From a virus (Duplodnaviria; Caudoviricetes): a stretch of DNA of 63,503 nucleotides. Location: the IMG/VR virus record IMGVR_UViG_3300034965_000044, positions 1 through 63,503 of that record. The stretch is one strand, 5' to 3'. The notes beneath the pieces were generated by a model. The model made no database searches, was not told where the DNA came from, and worked only from the letters and a program-made list of their open reading frames with translations. A program made the position numbers and the translations under genes. The first letter of the stretch is position 1. Each line of letters opens with the position of its first letter. Below, in pieces: positions 1 to 8,473 of the stretch.

Positions 1-126
1 AATGCACCGCAGGGCGAGCGCAATGGCTGCCTGCATTGGGCGGCTATGCGTGCCGGCAATGCCGTCAAGCGCGGCGAGATCACCCAGCCGCAGGCGTTCG
101 CCGACATGGTGGCGGCCGGGATGCAG
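1..126. repeat. Terminal direct repeat (copy 1), circular assembly overlap
   Basis: 1-126 is identical to 63371-63496; the prim-pol ORF reads in frame across the junction. Confidence 0.95.
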
Positions 127-195
127 GTGGGGCTAGATGAGGCTGAGGCGCGCAAGACGGCCCGCAGCGGGGTGGAGCGGGGGATGCGAGAATGA
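1..195 (+). CDS. C-terminal part of bifunctional primase/polymerase (continues from 62771 across the circular junction)
   Basis: Frame NAPQGERNGCLHWAAMRAG...GMRE*; G-x-RN..L motif typical of primase C-terminal helical domains. Confidence 0.8.
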   Translation, partial: NAPQGERNGCLHWAAMRAGNAVKRGEITQPQAFADMVAAGMQVGLDEAEARKTARSGVERGMRE

Positions 196-306
196 CCAGC
201 CGCTGGGATTGCTCTGGCAAGCCCTGTCCGCGCTGCCAGAAGCGCCCGCAGCGCCGCAAGCAATATTACTGCGGATGCTGCATCAGCGATAAGCGGAGGT
301 TGCGAA

Positions 307-813
307 TTGCAAAAATACACGGTGGAGCTGATCGAGGCGCGGTGCGAGGGCCGGAGCTGGCTCATGCGGACGCCGGGAGCATCGCCGTTCACGCTGACAA
401 CCAAGCGGATCATCTTCCTGAAGGACCCCAGACCGGGCCGGACGGTGGAGATCATGCTGGCCGACTGGTACGCGCTGGGCTTCCGGGGTCTGGTTGGCGA
501 TGCGGCCTACGAGGCCAACAGGAAGCGCCTGAGGGCGAAGAGAGCCGCCGGCAACCCACCGACAGCGGACAGACGCTTCCGCCAGTCACGGGGCAACCTG
601 GGGCTCCTGGAGCTGGTCGAGAAAAAGTTCACGGTGCCGAACGATCCTGAGCGGGAGGCGTTGTTGGCGAAGGTGGTCAGCGCTCGGCATATGCGCGGCA
701 TCTGGTGGGGCCGCGATTGGCATGGGCGGGTGGTGACGCGGCTGACCGACGATGAGACGGAGATGGTCGTAGCTGGAAAATGGCGGGACTGTGGCCCAAC
801 CGCCTCTGAGTGA
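307..813 (+). CDS. Hypothetical protein
   Basis: GGAGGT SD at 295-300 before TTG; 168 aa ORF. Confidence 0.6.
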   Translation: MQKYTVELIEARCEGRSWLMRTPGASPFTLTTKRIIFLKDPRPGRTVEIMLADWYALGFRGLVGDAAYEANRKRLRAKRAAGNPPTADRRFRQSRGNLGLLELVEKKFTVPNDPEREALLAKVVSARHMRGIWWGRDWHGRVVTRLTDDETEMVVAGKWRDCGPTASE

Positions 814-1591
814 GAATTTCTGCTGTGTGGTCTGGCGTGCCGGCCTCCCGATCGCCTACAGTGCTCGTCCAGGTCAAAGGGTGGCATCATTGACGCAATT
901 GGTCGCGCCTCCAGCATTGCTGCGCCGCTTCAAGGCGATGCGGCGAACAGAGGGAATTCACGCCTTCATCAAGGCGGCTGAGAAGCAGGTCCGCATCCAG
1001 CAGCGTCTGCCGGCGCGGCCGGTGAAAACTCAAGCTCCGGCACCGCCGCCGCCTGAGCGCATGGGCGATCCGACACCGGAGCGCGCCATTCGTGCCGAAG
1101 CGGTGATGCCGACCAAGGTGCCGCCGTTCAACAGCCAGATCCTGGGGCCGGTGCAGCGTTTTGCTAAGCAGCTCGGGCCGGAGACCATGATGGTGCTGGA
1201 GCGGCTGTGCGAGGTGGGCATCCAGGGCGGCAACTCGCGCGGCCTGACAGCCGGCTATGACGGCATCAAGGTGGACTCGTCCAGAACGGGCTATCAGCAT
1301 CTGTCCGACGCCGAGAGCGCTGCCTATGAGCAGTTCCGCGTGGCGATGGGCAACATGCCGCCGGAGTTGCAGCTCTACGCCAAGGAGCTGGTGCTGGAGA
1401 ATATTGGCGAGGAGATCAATTCTGCCCGCGGCGCCCCGCCGCGCCGGTCTCGCTCGGTGGCTGAGATCGGTGGCGAGATCACGGGGTACACCTCGGACAG
1501 CCGCTACACAACGGGCGCGGTCGTCGCGACTCTGAAGATCATCGCTTGGTGTGTGCAACGAGAATTGGGCGTCAAACGGAGAAAACCATGA
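791..1591 (+). CDS. Hypothetical protein, possible late-gene regulator/antiterminator-like (start uncertain)
   Basis: C-terminal helical region (SVAEIG...GAVVATLK) resembles alphaproteobacterial phage DUF6456-type proteins; ends the replication region. Confidence 0.45.
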   Translation: MAQPPLSENFCCVVWRAGLPIAYSARPGQRVASLTQLVAPPALLRRFKAMRRTEGIHAFIKAAEKQVRIQQRLPARPVKTQAPAPPPPERMGDPTPERAIRAEAVMPTKVPPFNSQILGPVQRFAKQLGPETMMVLERLCEVGIQGGNSRGLTAGYDGIKVDSSRTGYQHLSDAESAAYEQFRVAMGNMPPELQLYAKELVLENIGEEINSARGAPPRRSRSVAEIGGEITGYTSDSRYTTGAVVATLKIIAWCVQRELGVKRRKP

Positions 1592-1836
1592 CCCACCTCG
1601 CTATGACGATCTTCATCCCGCTTGAGGACGGGGAGAGTGCCGATATCGTCAACTCGATCGAAACGGCCTGTCCGCATGGATCGATTTTCGCATCGGAGCC
1701 GATTGGCGATGATGCGGACCCTTATGAGGTCGAGGGGCTGTTCCAGCAATTGGCCCTGCGCCAGCGCAAGGCGTTGCAGGAGTCGGCCGGCGTGCAGGAG
1801 GTTATGAATGCCAAAGCCGAGGACGCTGATCTGTGA
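1588..1836 (+). CDS. Hypothetical protein
   Basis: ATGA overlap with the previous stop; GGAGA SD. Confidence 0.55.
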   Translation: MTHLAMTIFIPLEDGESADIVNSIETACPHGSIFASEPIGDDADPYEVEGLFQQLALRQRKALQESAGVQEVMNAKAEDADL

Positions 1837-2014
1837 GGAGGAGGGTTGCATGAAAAAGTTCTCTACAACTTCGGCGCTCAACATGCACAAGAGCGCCATG
1901 CACCGGACGCCGCCTGACTTCGGCCCCAAGCCGCCCAAGTCAACGCTGTCCTTGCCGGAGAAGAAGCCGTCCTGGATCGTGCGGGTGCTCAAAAAGATTT
2001 TTGGCAAGGGCTGA
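1808..2014 (+). CDS. Small C2H2 zinc-finger-like protein
   Basis: CEEEGCMKKF...LNMHKSAMH. Confidence 0.55.
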   Translation: MPKPRTLICEEEGCMKKFSTTSALNMHKSAMHRTPPDFGPKPPKSTLSLPEKKPSWIVRVLKKIFGKG

Positions 2015-2157
2015 AATTTCCTGTTGACGAGCCAACATGGAAAGTTGTAACGTGATTATGTTAGGTGGCCCATGGTGGGTCACTAGCACGCTTCAGAAGG
2101 TTGATCCGTTTCCGATCACGAAACATCGCCAACTTCACTGAAATGTCTCTGAATGCC

Positions 2158-2198
2158 AGCCCTCCCCTCGGCGTAAACTACTGGGGGAGGGCTTTTTG
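2158..2198 (+). terminator. Intrinsic terminator-like hairpin
   Basis: AGCCCTCCCCTCGG...CTGGGGGAGGGGCT followed by a T run. Confidence 0.6.
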
Positions 2199-2521
2199 AT
2201 TCGTCCATCGCCTCGCCTTCGCGCCACTCGCCCGCCCGTGCTTACGGGCTATGAACTGTGGCCGGAGCGCACTAGACGGACGGACGGATTTCCGGTTTGT
2301 GAGTGTCGGGCAGCATCCTCCCCCACTGTGCGCTGCCTCACTGCAGGCCGGCTGACGTGATGCAAGGCGACCCCGAATCTCCATGTTATCATCAGCCGGC
2401 CTTTTTGTGTCCTAAGGGTGACAGTTGCACGATGTAACCGCAGTGATTTTGCGGCCTTTGCTTGCACTGTGCGCCGCCTACCCGCTAAATCGGATGGTTC
2501 TCAACAAAGGAGACTATCCCG

Positions 2522-3151
2522 GTGAACAGAATTCTAATTGCCCTCGCGATGGGCACCGCGCTCGTAACCAGCGCATCGGCGGCCGATCTCGGTGGCAACA
2601 GGAGTTTTAAGGATGACTCGCCCTCGTCGTTTGATGGGGGTGGTAGCGCAAGCTGGACTGGCCCATGGATCGGGGCTTCAGTCGGATATGGCGTCGGCAC
2701 GTTGCGGCCTGACGGCTATGATTTTGGCTACAGCGCTGAGGGGATAATCGCCAAGATCGATGCTGGCATCGATGTTCAGTTTGGGCATTTCGTTGCCGGC
2801 CTTTCGTTGTGCGCTGAATATGTGGACGTTGACGACGCACAGGAGGCGTTGTGCGCTGGCGGACGGCTCGGTCTTTTGATCACCCCTGACAGCTTGATCT
2901 ACGTGCCGGCCGGCTATCGTTGGCAGGGTATCGACACGGGCGGTGATACCGAATATCTCTCAGGTCCCTATGTCGGCCTTGGGCTGGAATCTCGCTTTAC
3001 GCCGAGCACTTCGTTCAAGCTCGAATATCAGCACACCTTCTATTGGGATGAGGGTGGCCACGAGATTCCTGATGGTCTTGCGATCGAAGACAATCGCATT
3101 ATGGGCGGCATCAATATTCGTTTCGGTGGCGATCCCCGGAAGCTGTTCTAA
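2522..3151 (+). CDS. Outer-membrane beta-barrel protein (Omp25/Omp31/RopB-like)
   Basis: Signal peptide ending ASA-ADL, SWTGPWIGASVGYG motif, alternating beta strands, C-terminal Phe; AGGAGA SD. Confidence 0.85.
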   Translation: MNRILIALAMGTALVTSASAADLGGNRSFKDDSPSSFDGGGSASWTGPWIGASVGYGVGTLRPDGYDFGYSAEGIIAKIDAGIDVQFGHFVAGLSLCAEYVDVDDAQEALCAGGRLGLLITPDSLIYVPAGYRWQGIDTGGDTEYLSGPYVGLGLESRFTPSTSFKLEYQHTFYWDEGGHEIPDGLAIEDNRIMGGINIRFGGDPRKLF

Positions 3152-3279
3152 TGGAACAGCGCCACATCATCATGCTTGTGGCGGCGATATTGGCGGCGAT
3201 CGGCATTACGGTGCTCGCCGTCAACTACCCCATCAGCAAGGGCGGCGAGACCGCCATCACGGCGCCGGTGCGGAAATAA
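3151..3279 (+). CDS. Small membrane protein (42 aa)
   Basis: MEQRHIIMLVAAILAAIGITVLAVN...; TAATG coupling on both sides. Confidence 0.55.
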   Translation: MEQRHIIMLVAAILAAIGITVLAVNYPISKGGETAITAPVRK

Positions 3280-3542
3280 TGGCCAGCTTCGGCTCGATCC
3301 TGGAAGAATTGAAACGCGGCGGGGCAGCGGCAAGAGTGAGCTGGCCCGCTCAGCTCAACATGATGATCCAGCTGCATGTGCCGGACGGCAGGGGCGCCAT
3401 GACCATGCCCTACCTCTACATGTCGGTCGGCGACAATCGTTTCCCATGGATGCCGTCCATGGATGAGCTGCTGGCGGATGACTGGAATCCGATCAAGAAG
3501 TCCAAGCTGATTATCCCGCATAAGGCGGGTATTGTGAATTGA
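3279..3542 (+). CDS. DUF2829 / Tad2-like (Thoeris anti-defence) protein
   Basis: FGSILEELKRG..AARVSW...MTMPYLYM...PWMPSMDELLADDW matches the family pattern. Confidence 0.75.
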   Translation: MASFGSILEELKRGGAAARVSWPAQLNMMIQLHVPDGRGAMTMPYLYMSVGDNRFPWMPSMDELLADDWNPIKKSKLIIPHKAGIVN

Positions 3543-3650
3543 CCGGGGGGTCACGATGGCCAGATTGTGCGGTTGGATAGCGTCTCTGTCGGTTCCATGC
3601 GGACTGGTGGTGACGCTGCTGACCCACAATCCGGCTTTCTTCGCACTCAG

Positions 3651-3965
3651 CTACGCCTCGATGGGCGTGTTTGTGGTCGCATCACTCGCGATGCTCGACC
3701 CGTATAATTGAAGCTCCAGCCATCGCAGTGTCGAGGCTGAATCCGCTTCCACTTTCAATTGTAATTCAGAGTTCAGTTTGGGGGGTGTGTAGGGCTCAAG
3801 GCCAGCACGCAGGGCTGCGGCTGCGAGTGACAGAGTGAGGGGAACCTTGGCCTTGGTCAGGGTATTGTAGATCGTCTTTTCGCTGACGCCCAAGAGCTGG
3901 GCCAGCTTTGCATTGGACTGAATGCCAATCTCGGCCTTCAGGATCAGTAGGTCGGTGCCTTTCAT
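3651..3965 (-). CDS. HTH DNA-binding protein
   Basis: SNAKLAQLLGVSEKTIYN helix-turn-helix. Confidence 0.7.
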   Translation of the reverse strand: MKGTDLLILKAEIGIQSNAKLAQLLGVSEKTIYNTLTKAKVPLTLSLAAAALRAGLEPYTPPKLNSELQLKVEADSASTLRWLELQLYGSSIASDATTNTPIEA

Positions 3966-4021
3966 CTAAGGTACTCCAATTCCTCATTCGTGACTCAACT
4001 CTCCAGAGAGGAGAATATCCC

Positions 4022-4684
4022 ATGTCTAGTCTTACGATTTCGAGCCCGACGACTCAGTTCGCCGTCGATATCTCTGCCGATGCAGAGGCGCAGGCCGGCG
4101 TTGCCAACAATCCTTCGGGCCGCCAGTCGGTGCTGCGCCTGAAGCTGATTGCTGCTGCGTTCCTCACCGAATGTGCCAAGGCGCCTCAGGGTGCTCCTGG
4201 TGGTAGCCGTTCTGGCCAGCCGGGTGCCCCTGGACTCGTTGTTTCCGGTGCTATCCCTGTCAATCCGGCCACGGGTCAGCCTTGGGCTGCCCCATTTCCG
4301 GTTAACCCAGCCACGGGGCGCGAATGGAGTGCTGCTGAAGTGAATCCGAGCACCAATTCACCCTACCCTTTCCCGGACTCGACCGGTCGGGGTCCTTCGT
4401 CTTACCCCGGTCAGTCAAATCAGACCGGTCAGTCCGGCTATCCGAACCAGGATCAGGGTCGGGACCAGGGTCGGGGCTATCCCGGCCAGCCGGGCCAGGG
4501 CCAGTATTCGGACCAGGGCCAGGGCCGGCAGGGCCAGGGCCAGTACGGCGACCGGGGCCAGTGGGGCGGACACGGCCACGGCCATCACCAGAACCAGGGG
4601 CAGAACCAGAGCGCCGCGGAAGCGATGTTGGCCGCCCTGGCAGTGGCAGTCGCCGCAGCGGAAGCAGCGCCCAGCGACTACTAA
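4022..4684 (+). CDS. Gly/Gln/Pro-rich low-complexity protein
   Basis: GAGGAG SD; (P)VNPATG-like x3 and GQGQY/DQG repeats. Confidence 0.7.
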   Translation: MSSLTISSPTTQFAVDISADAEAQAGVANNPSGRQSVLRLKLIAAAFLTECAKAPQGAPGGSRSGQPGAPGLVVSGAIPVNPATGQPWAAPFPVNPATGREWSAAEVNPSTNSPYPFPDSTGRGPSSYPGQSNQTGQSGYPNQDQGRDQGRGYPGQPGQGQYSDQGQGRQGQGQYGDRGQWGGHGHGHHQNQGQNQSAAEAMLAALAVAVAAAEAAPSDY

Positions 4685-4699
4685 GCCGCAAATAGGCAC

Positions 4700-4733
4700 A
4701 AAAAAACGGGAGGGCCATAAACCCTCCCGCGTT
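4700..4733. terminator. Terminator between convergent genes (U-tract on the minus strand)
   Basis: AAAAAAA-CGGGAGGG-ccataaa-CCCTCCCG. Confidence 0.7.
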
Positions 4734-4746
4734 CTGCCCCCTCAAC

Positions 4747-5097
4747 TTACGGCAATAGATATACTGCCAGAGGCGTTCCTGCAATGATCATCGTCCAGAT
4801 GCCGAGAATCATGGCACCATGGAATGGATCTTTGTTGCGCCGGTCCCAGATCACATAGCCCACGGCGGACCCCAGCGCGAACGCTGAGATGGTGCCGCAG
4901 AAGAAGAAGAACCCCAGCCACTGCCCATTGAGCGCACACAGCGCCAGCAGGATGATGACCGGCACGCCCATATAGACGAAGGACGCGGCCAGCATGGCGA
5001 GGTGCCGGACCTTGAAACCCGGATGTCCCGCAAAGTGATAGGTGAACAGGAAAACCCCTATTGCAGTCAGGGCACTGAGAATTTTAAGCGTGATCAT
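4747..5097 (-). CDS. Multi-TM membrane protein
   Basis: Four hydrophobic segments; coupled by ATGA to an upstream 23-aa ORF. Confidence 0.7.
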   Translation of the reverse strand: MITLKILSALTAIGVFLFTYHFAGHPGFKVRHLAMLAASFVYMGVPVIILLALCALNGQWLGFFFFCGTISAFALGSAVGYVIWDRRNKDPFHGAMILGIWTMIIAGTPLAVYLLP

Positions 5098-5165
5098 AGG
5101 CCACACTTATCGGCATGGTAGCAAAGCGCGATGACGCCGATCAGCAGAATGATGTTGATAATCAT
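5094..5165 (-). CDS. 23-aa hydrophobic peptide
   Basis: MIINIILLIGVIALCYHADKCGL; GGAGGT SD with the conserved hairpin element upstream. Confidence 0.5.
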   Translation of the reverse strand: MIINIILLIGVIALCYHADKCGL

Positions 5166-5228
5166 AATTTACCTCCATTGGCTCTGAAATGAGCAAAGAC
5201 GGCGAGCCCGAAGGCCCGCCGCTGACAA

Positions 5229-5714
5229 TTAGTGCCGCTTGGGCTTGCGCACATAGCGGTAGTTCTTCTTCATCAGGTCCGCGCCGTGGTAATGCAGACG
5301 GCTCAGAGCCTCGATCACCAGCAGAACGAAGCCGATGGTGACGAGGATGGCGATGCCCTTGGCAGTCTCCGGCCCGGTAACGAGGCCGGCAAGCTTGGTG
5401 ACGCCCTCAGGGGCCGCGTAGGCCGATGAAGCGTGGAAGGTAGCCTCCGCTCCGATCCAGAAGCAGAAGGCCAGCAGAGCCCATTTGGTATGGGCCACAG
5501 GGGCAATTTCATTGATATGGTCCTCGATCCAGGGCAGCACGATATAGCTGAGCGCTGCCGCAATATAGACCATCAGGAAGGCGCCGCCGAACGCCGCCAG
5601 TGTGTAGCTGGCATTGTCGAACAAGATGACGCCTTGCATGATTGCTGTGACTGCGGTTATCACCGCCCCGAGCCAGAATTGGACTCGGGCATCCCATTGA
5701 TGGGGTCGCGGCAT
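5229..5714 (-). CDS. Multi-TM membrane protein
   Basis: GGAGGTG SD; four TM-like segments; basic tail. Confidence 0.75.
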   Translation of the reverse strand: MPRPHQWDARVQFWLGAVITAVTAIMQGVILFDNASYTLAAFGGAFLMVYIAAALSYIVLPWIEDHINEIAPVAHTKWALLAFCFWIGAEATFHASSAYAAPEGVTKLAGLVTGPETAKGIAILVTIGFVLLVIEALSRLHYHGADLMKKNYRYVRKPKRH

Positions 5715-5780
5715 GGTTTCACCTCCATTGTATGCTCGAAATGAGCTAAGACGGCAGAGCCGGAGCCCTGCCGCTGACAA

Positions 5781-6149
5781 TCACTTGAATTTCTGGACAA
5801 ATTCCTCGAACGTATAGTTCGGAAGTTTGGCTTTGGTGTTTTCCCAGGTGATAGTCTGGGTATCGCAATTGAGACATGGTACGGGATAGGATGTATCGCC
5901 GTGCAGTGCCGTATCGATGCCAAAGCCGGTTTCTCGGAGAATATTGTCCTTGATCATCTCGGAGAAGATGATTCGGTTGAGGTAGCTGCTATCGTTCCAG
6001 CGTGGTCTGCCACGATCCAACGCCCTTGCAAGAGTTTGATTGATTTCGTCGCCACCCCAATGAGAATAGAGATAGACGTAGATATCCTCTGCAAAGTCAT
6101 TGAATTTGACAGTTCTATCGTAGATAGCGATCTGTGCTCTCGAACCCAT
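5781..6149 (-). CDS. Phage hypothetical protein
   Basis: GGAGGT SD; VYLYSHWGG motif. Confidence 0.75.
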   Translation of the reverse strand: MGSRAQIAIYDRTVKFNDFAEDIYVYLYSHWGGDEINQTLARALDRGRPRWNDSSYLNRIIFSEMIKDNILRETGFGIDTALHGDTSYPVPCLNCDTQTITWENTKAKLPNYTFEEFVQKFK

Positions 6150-6194
6150 AGTCGTAACCTCCAGTGCTCGGAAATGAGCTAACAGGAAATCAAA

Positions 6195-6290
6195 ATGGCA
6201 AAAACTCCGATGAAGAAAATCGCCCCGACGAAAAAGACCAAGGGCCAGCCCAAGCCGTCAGCTAAGCCGACGAAAGCCGCCTATAAATAA
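6195..6290 (+). CDS. Small Lys/Pro-rich peptide, antisense to the operon
   Basis: MAKTPMKKIAPTKKTKGQPKPSAKPTKAAYK; AGGA SD. Confidence 0.4.
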   Translation: MAKTPMKKIAPTKKTKGQPKPSAKPTKAAYK

Positions 6291-6333
6291 ACCAAACGGG
6301 CGAGCCGAAGCCCGCCCGCCCAGTTGGAGGTAA

Positions 6334-6687
6334 CTATTTGCCCCAGTCCGCATTGCTGAAGAACGCCTCAGGGTCGGCCAGCGCCGCTTGATAATAGCGG
6401 GAGTGCCGGATATCCATGGGCATCACAGTGACGCGCGAGAGAGGCTTGGAAGCGCCGCTGCGTCGATCCTGGATCAGCATCCCTTCATGGGGGATGATGA
6501 AGATCGGATGCAGAATTATCCGGCTAGGATCGCTAGCCGGCGCGGCCTTGATGCAGAAGGCGATCGTCTCCAAGCCGTCGATGCGCACCGGGATAGGGAT
6601 AAGCCCCGCCCGTGTCGAGCCCGACAGCAATCCGGCGACGAAGGCAGCGTCTGCAATGACTTCCTCCGATATTTGTGTATATGACAT
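6334..6687 (-). CDS. Hypothetical protein
   Basis: GGAGGTG SD with upstream hairpin. Confidence 0.7.
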   Translation of the reverse strand: MSYTQISEEVIADAAFVAGLLSGSTRAGLIPIPVRIDGLETIAFCIKAAPASDPSRIILHPIFIIPHEGMLIQDRRSGASKPLSRVTVMPMDIRHSRYYQAALADPEAFFSNADWGK

Positions 6688-6778
6688 TTCACCTCCGTTT
6701 CGGGCGTAAGCCGCCCGCCGGAGCGCCCCATCGAGGCGTTCTGGAAGGCGGCTGGGTTTCCCCAGCCGTTGTAGTTGA

Positions 6779-7243
6779 TCAATCGTTGTCGTCGTCGGCA
6801 TAGTCATTGCCGGTAGGATCATCAACGAAATCGTCCCAAGTGACGCGGCCGGTTTCTTTCAGGTTTTCCAGCACCTTGACGGCGATGTCGGCGCGCTCCT
6901 CATTCGGCAGCTTGTCGAACTTCATACGCTGCTCTTCGCTGTTCATGAGGAAAAGCTCGCCGGCTGTGTAAGGGTCCAAGCCGAGAAAGTCCGCGCCCTT
7001 GTCCCTGTATCCGTAAAAATTATTACCGAATTTCAGGGTCTCATCGGTGGCGCCGTCCTCTCTCTGCAAATGCTGGTCGATCCAGCCGGCAATGCAGAAG
7101 GCTGTGTTGCAATATTCGAAATGCTCGACTCCCCGTCCCGGATGGGCAAGGTTGTTTTGCCAACCACGCATCTTGAAATGCTTGGCTTGGTCCGCCTTGA
7201 TCCACTCGATGATTTTGTCGATATTCTCGATATTTACTGTCAT
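6779..7243 (-). CDS. Paralog family member 5 (NIENI...C..G...L.ETG.V.W)
   Basis: MTVNIENIDKII, CNTAFCIAGW, LENLKETGRVTW; GGAGGT SD. Confidence 0.8.
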   Translation of the reverse strand: MTVNIENIDKIIEWIKADQAKHFKMRGWQNNLAHPGRGVEHFEYCNTAFCIAGWIDQHLQREDGATDETLKFGNNFYGYRDKGADFLGLDPYTAGELFLMNSEEQRMKFDKLPNEERADIAVKVLENLKETGRVTWDDFVDDPTGNDYADDDND

Positions 7244-7314
7244 TCTAACCTCCATTACGGACGAGTAGCCGTCCGGCACATGCGCCCCCTCGCGAGAGCG
7301 CATGGACGAGATGG

Positions 7315-7509
7315 CTAGTACTGACGCTCCATCATTCTGGACAGTTGATTGACGAAATCACGGATTTCATCGTTGACGCTGTCATAATGGCGCGACCACT
7401 GCTCGCTGCCGCATTGGGTGCAAGTGTGAGCCTTGGTATCACCGGCGCAGTGTTCACCGTGCTCCCAAACGTGAGCGCAACGGTCGCATTTGTGCTTATG
7501 GGTATGCAT
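7315..7509 (-). CDS. Small zinc-ribbon protein
   Basis: CDRC...CTQCG; GGAGGTG SD. Confidence 0.7.
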   Translation of the reverse strand: MHTHKHKCDRCAHVWEHGEHCAGDTKAHTCTQCGSEQWSRHYDSVNDEIRDFVNQLSRMMERQY

Positions 7510-7675
7510 GGGTTTCACCTCCAAATCGGGCTGTAGCTGCCCGGCACAAGCGCCTATCAGCGCCTCTGCGAGAGAGCCTTGCAATCGTGAATGGTGTGCA
7601 TTATCTTAGGGATGTCGGACTTACCAAATTCTGCCCTGTCTGGTTTCACCTCCATGAAATTGACGTTTAGGCAGT

Positions 7676-7716
7676 TAAAGACCCCTGGGGCTGGTAATGC
7701 GTCCCCAGGGGTTTTT
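7676..7716. terminator. Strong hairpin/terminator inside the early operon
   Basis: AAAGACCCCTGGGG...CCCCAGGGGTTTTT. Confidence 0.6.
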
Positions 7717-7718
7717 AG

Positions 7719-8093
7719 TTACTGCGGCTCTACGCCGTTCCAGATAACAAGGCCGGTGTCGCGCAGGCAGGTGAGGACATGCACAAGAATCTGATCCTGA
7801 TCATGCCTGGAGCGCTCAGTGAAGCTGCTCCATCTGCTATTGCGGTACTCTAGGCCGTTCCAGCTCTTCATGCCGTACAGGGCATGAGTTTGGGCTGAAT
7901 CCGTTTCGAGATGGGCTTCGATAGCCCTGATGTCGTAGCTGCCGCTATCGCCGAACAGGTCGCGGACGATGCCTTCAAAGCATTGGCTGGTGTCCATCCA
8001 TCTTGAGATGCTTGGCTTGTCTCCGCCATAGCATGAATGGATTCGACGGGTCGGGATATAGGCAATCAGGCGATTGATGTTCTCGATATTCAT
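7719..8093 (-). CDS. Paralog family member 4
   Basis: MNIENINRLI...CFEG...LTCLRDTGLVIW. Confidence 0.8.
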   Translation of the reverse strand: MNIENINRLIAYIPTRRIHSCYGGDKPSISRWMDTSQCFEGIVRDLFGDSGSYDIRAIEAHLETDSAQTHALYGMKSWNGLEYRNSRWSSFTERSRHDQDQILVHVLTCLRDTGLVIWNGVEPQ

Positions 8094-8155
8094 ATTCACC
8101 TCCATATGCTCGTAAATGAGCTAACACCCGACGCCGAAGCGCCGGGCTTGCAATA

Positions 8156-8473
8156 TTAGGCTATCCACTCGACTTTGCCGGTATCGCGCAGCGAAGTGAG
8201 GGCGTGCGTAATGGCGCGCTTTTGGACATCGAGAGGCAGGTTGCCGATATCGTGCATATCGAACCGCATGTGGCTGCGCCGATATATCAGGTCATCCGAA
8301 CGTTCTGGGCTGATGCCTAGAAATTCACTTAATGACTGGGCCTGATCTTCGAATTCAAAGCCCTGAATTTCCGTCGCCATGCCGGAAAGGCAGTACGATG
8401 GGGACCAATCAGGGAGCGGGCTATCAAGCTGATCGACATGGGCAAGCAGTTTGTTCAGGTTCTCGATATTCAT
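8156..8473 (-). CDS. Paralog family member 3
   Basis: MNIENLNKLL...YCLSG...LTSLRDTGKVEW. Confidence 0.8.
   Translation of the reverse strand: MNIENLNKLLAHVDQLDSPLPDWSPSYCLSGMATEIQGFEFEDQAQSLSEFLGISPERSDDLIYRRSHMRFDMHDIGNLPLDVQKRAITHALTSLRDTGKVEWIA

Noticed and set aside
1-126. 126-bp terminal repeat as a biological DTR
   Set aside because: It falls mid-gene and its length is typical of an assembly k-mer overlap; it shows circularity only
192-650. Cys-rich ORF coupled to the prim-pol stop
   Set aside because: It largely overlaps the better-supported 307-813 ORF with a strong SD; it cannot be excluded but is unsupported
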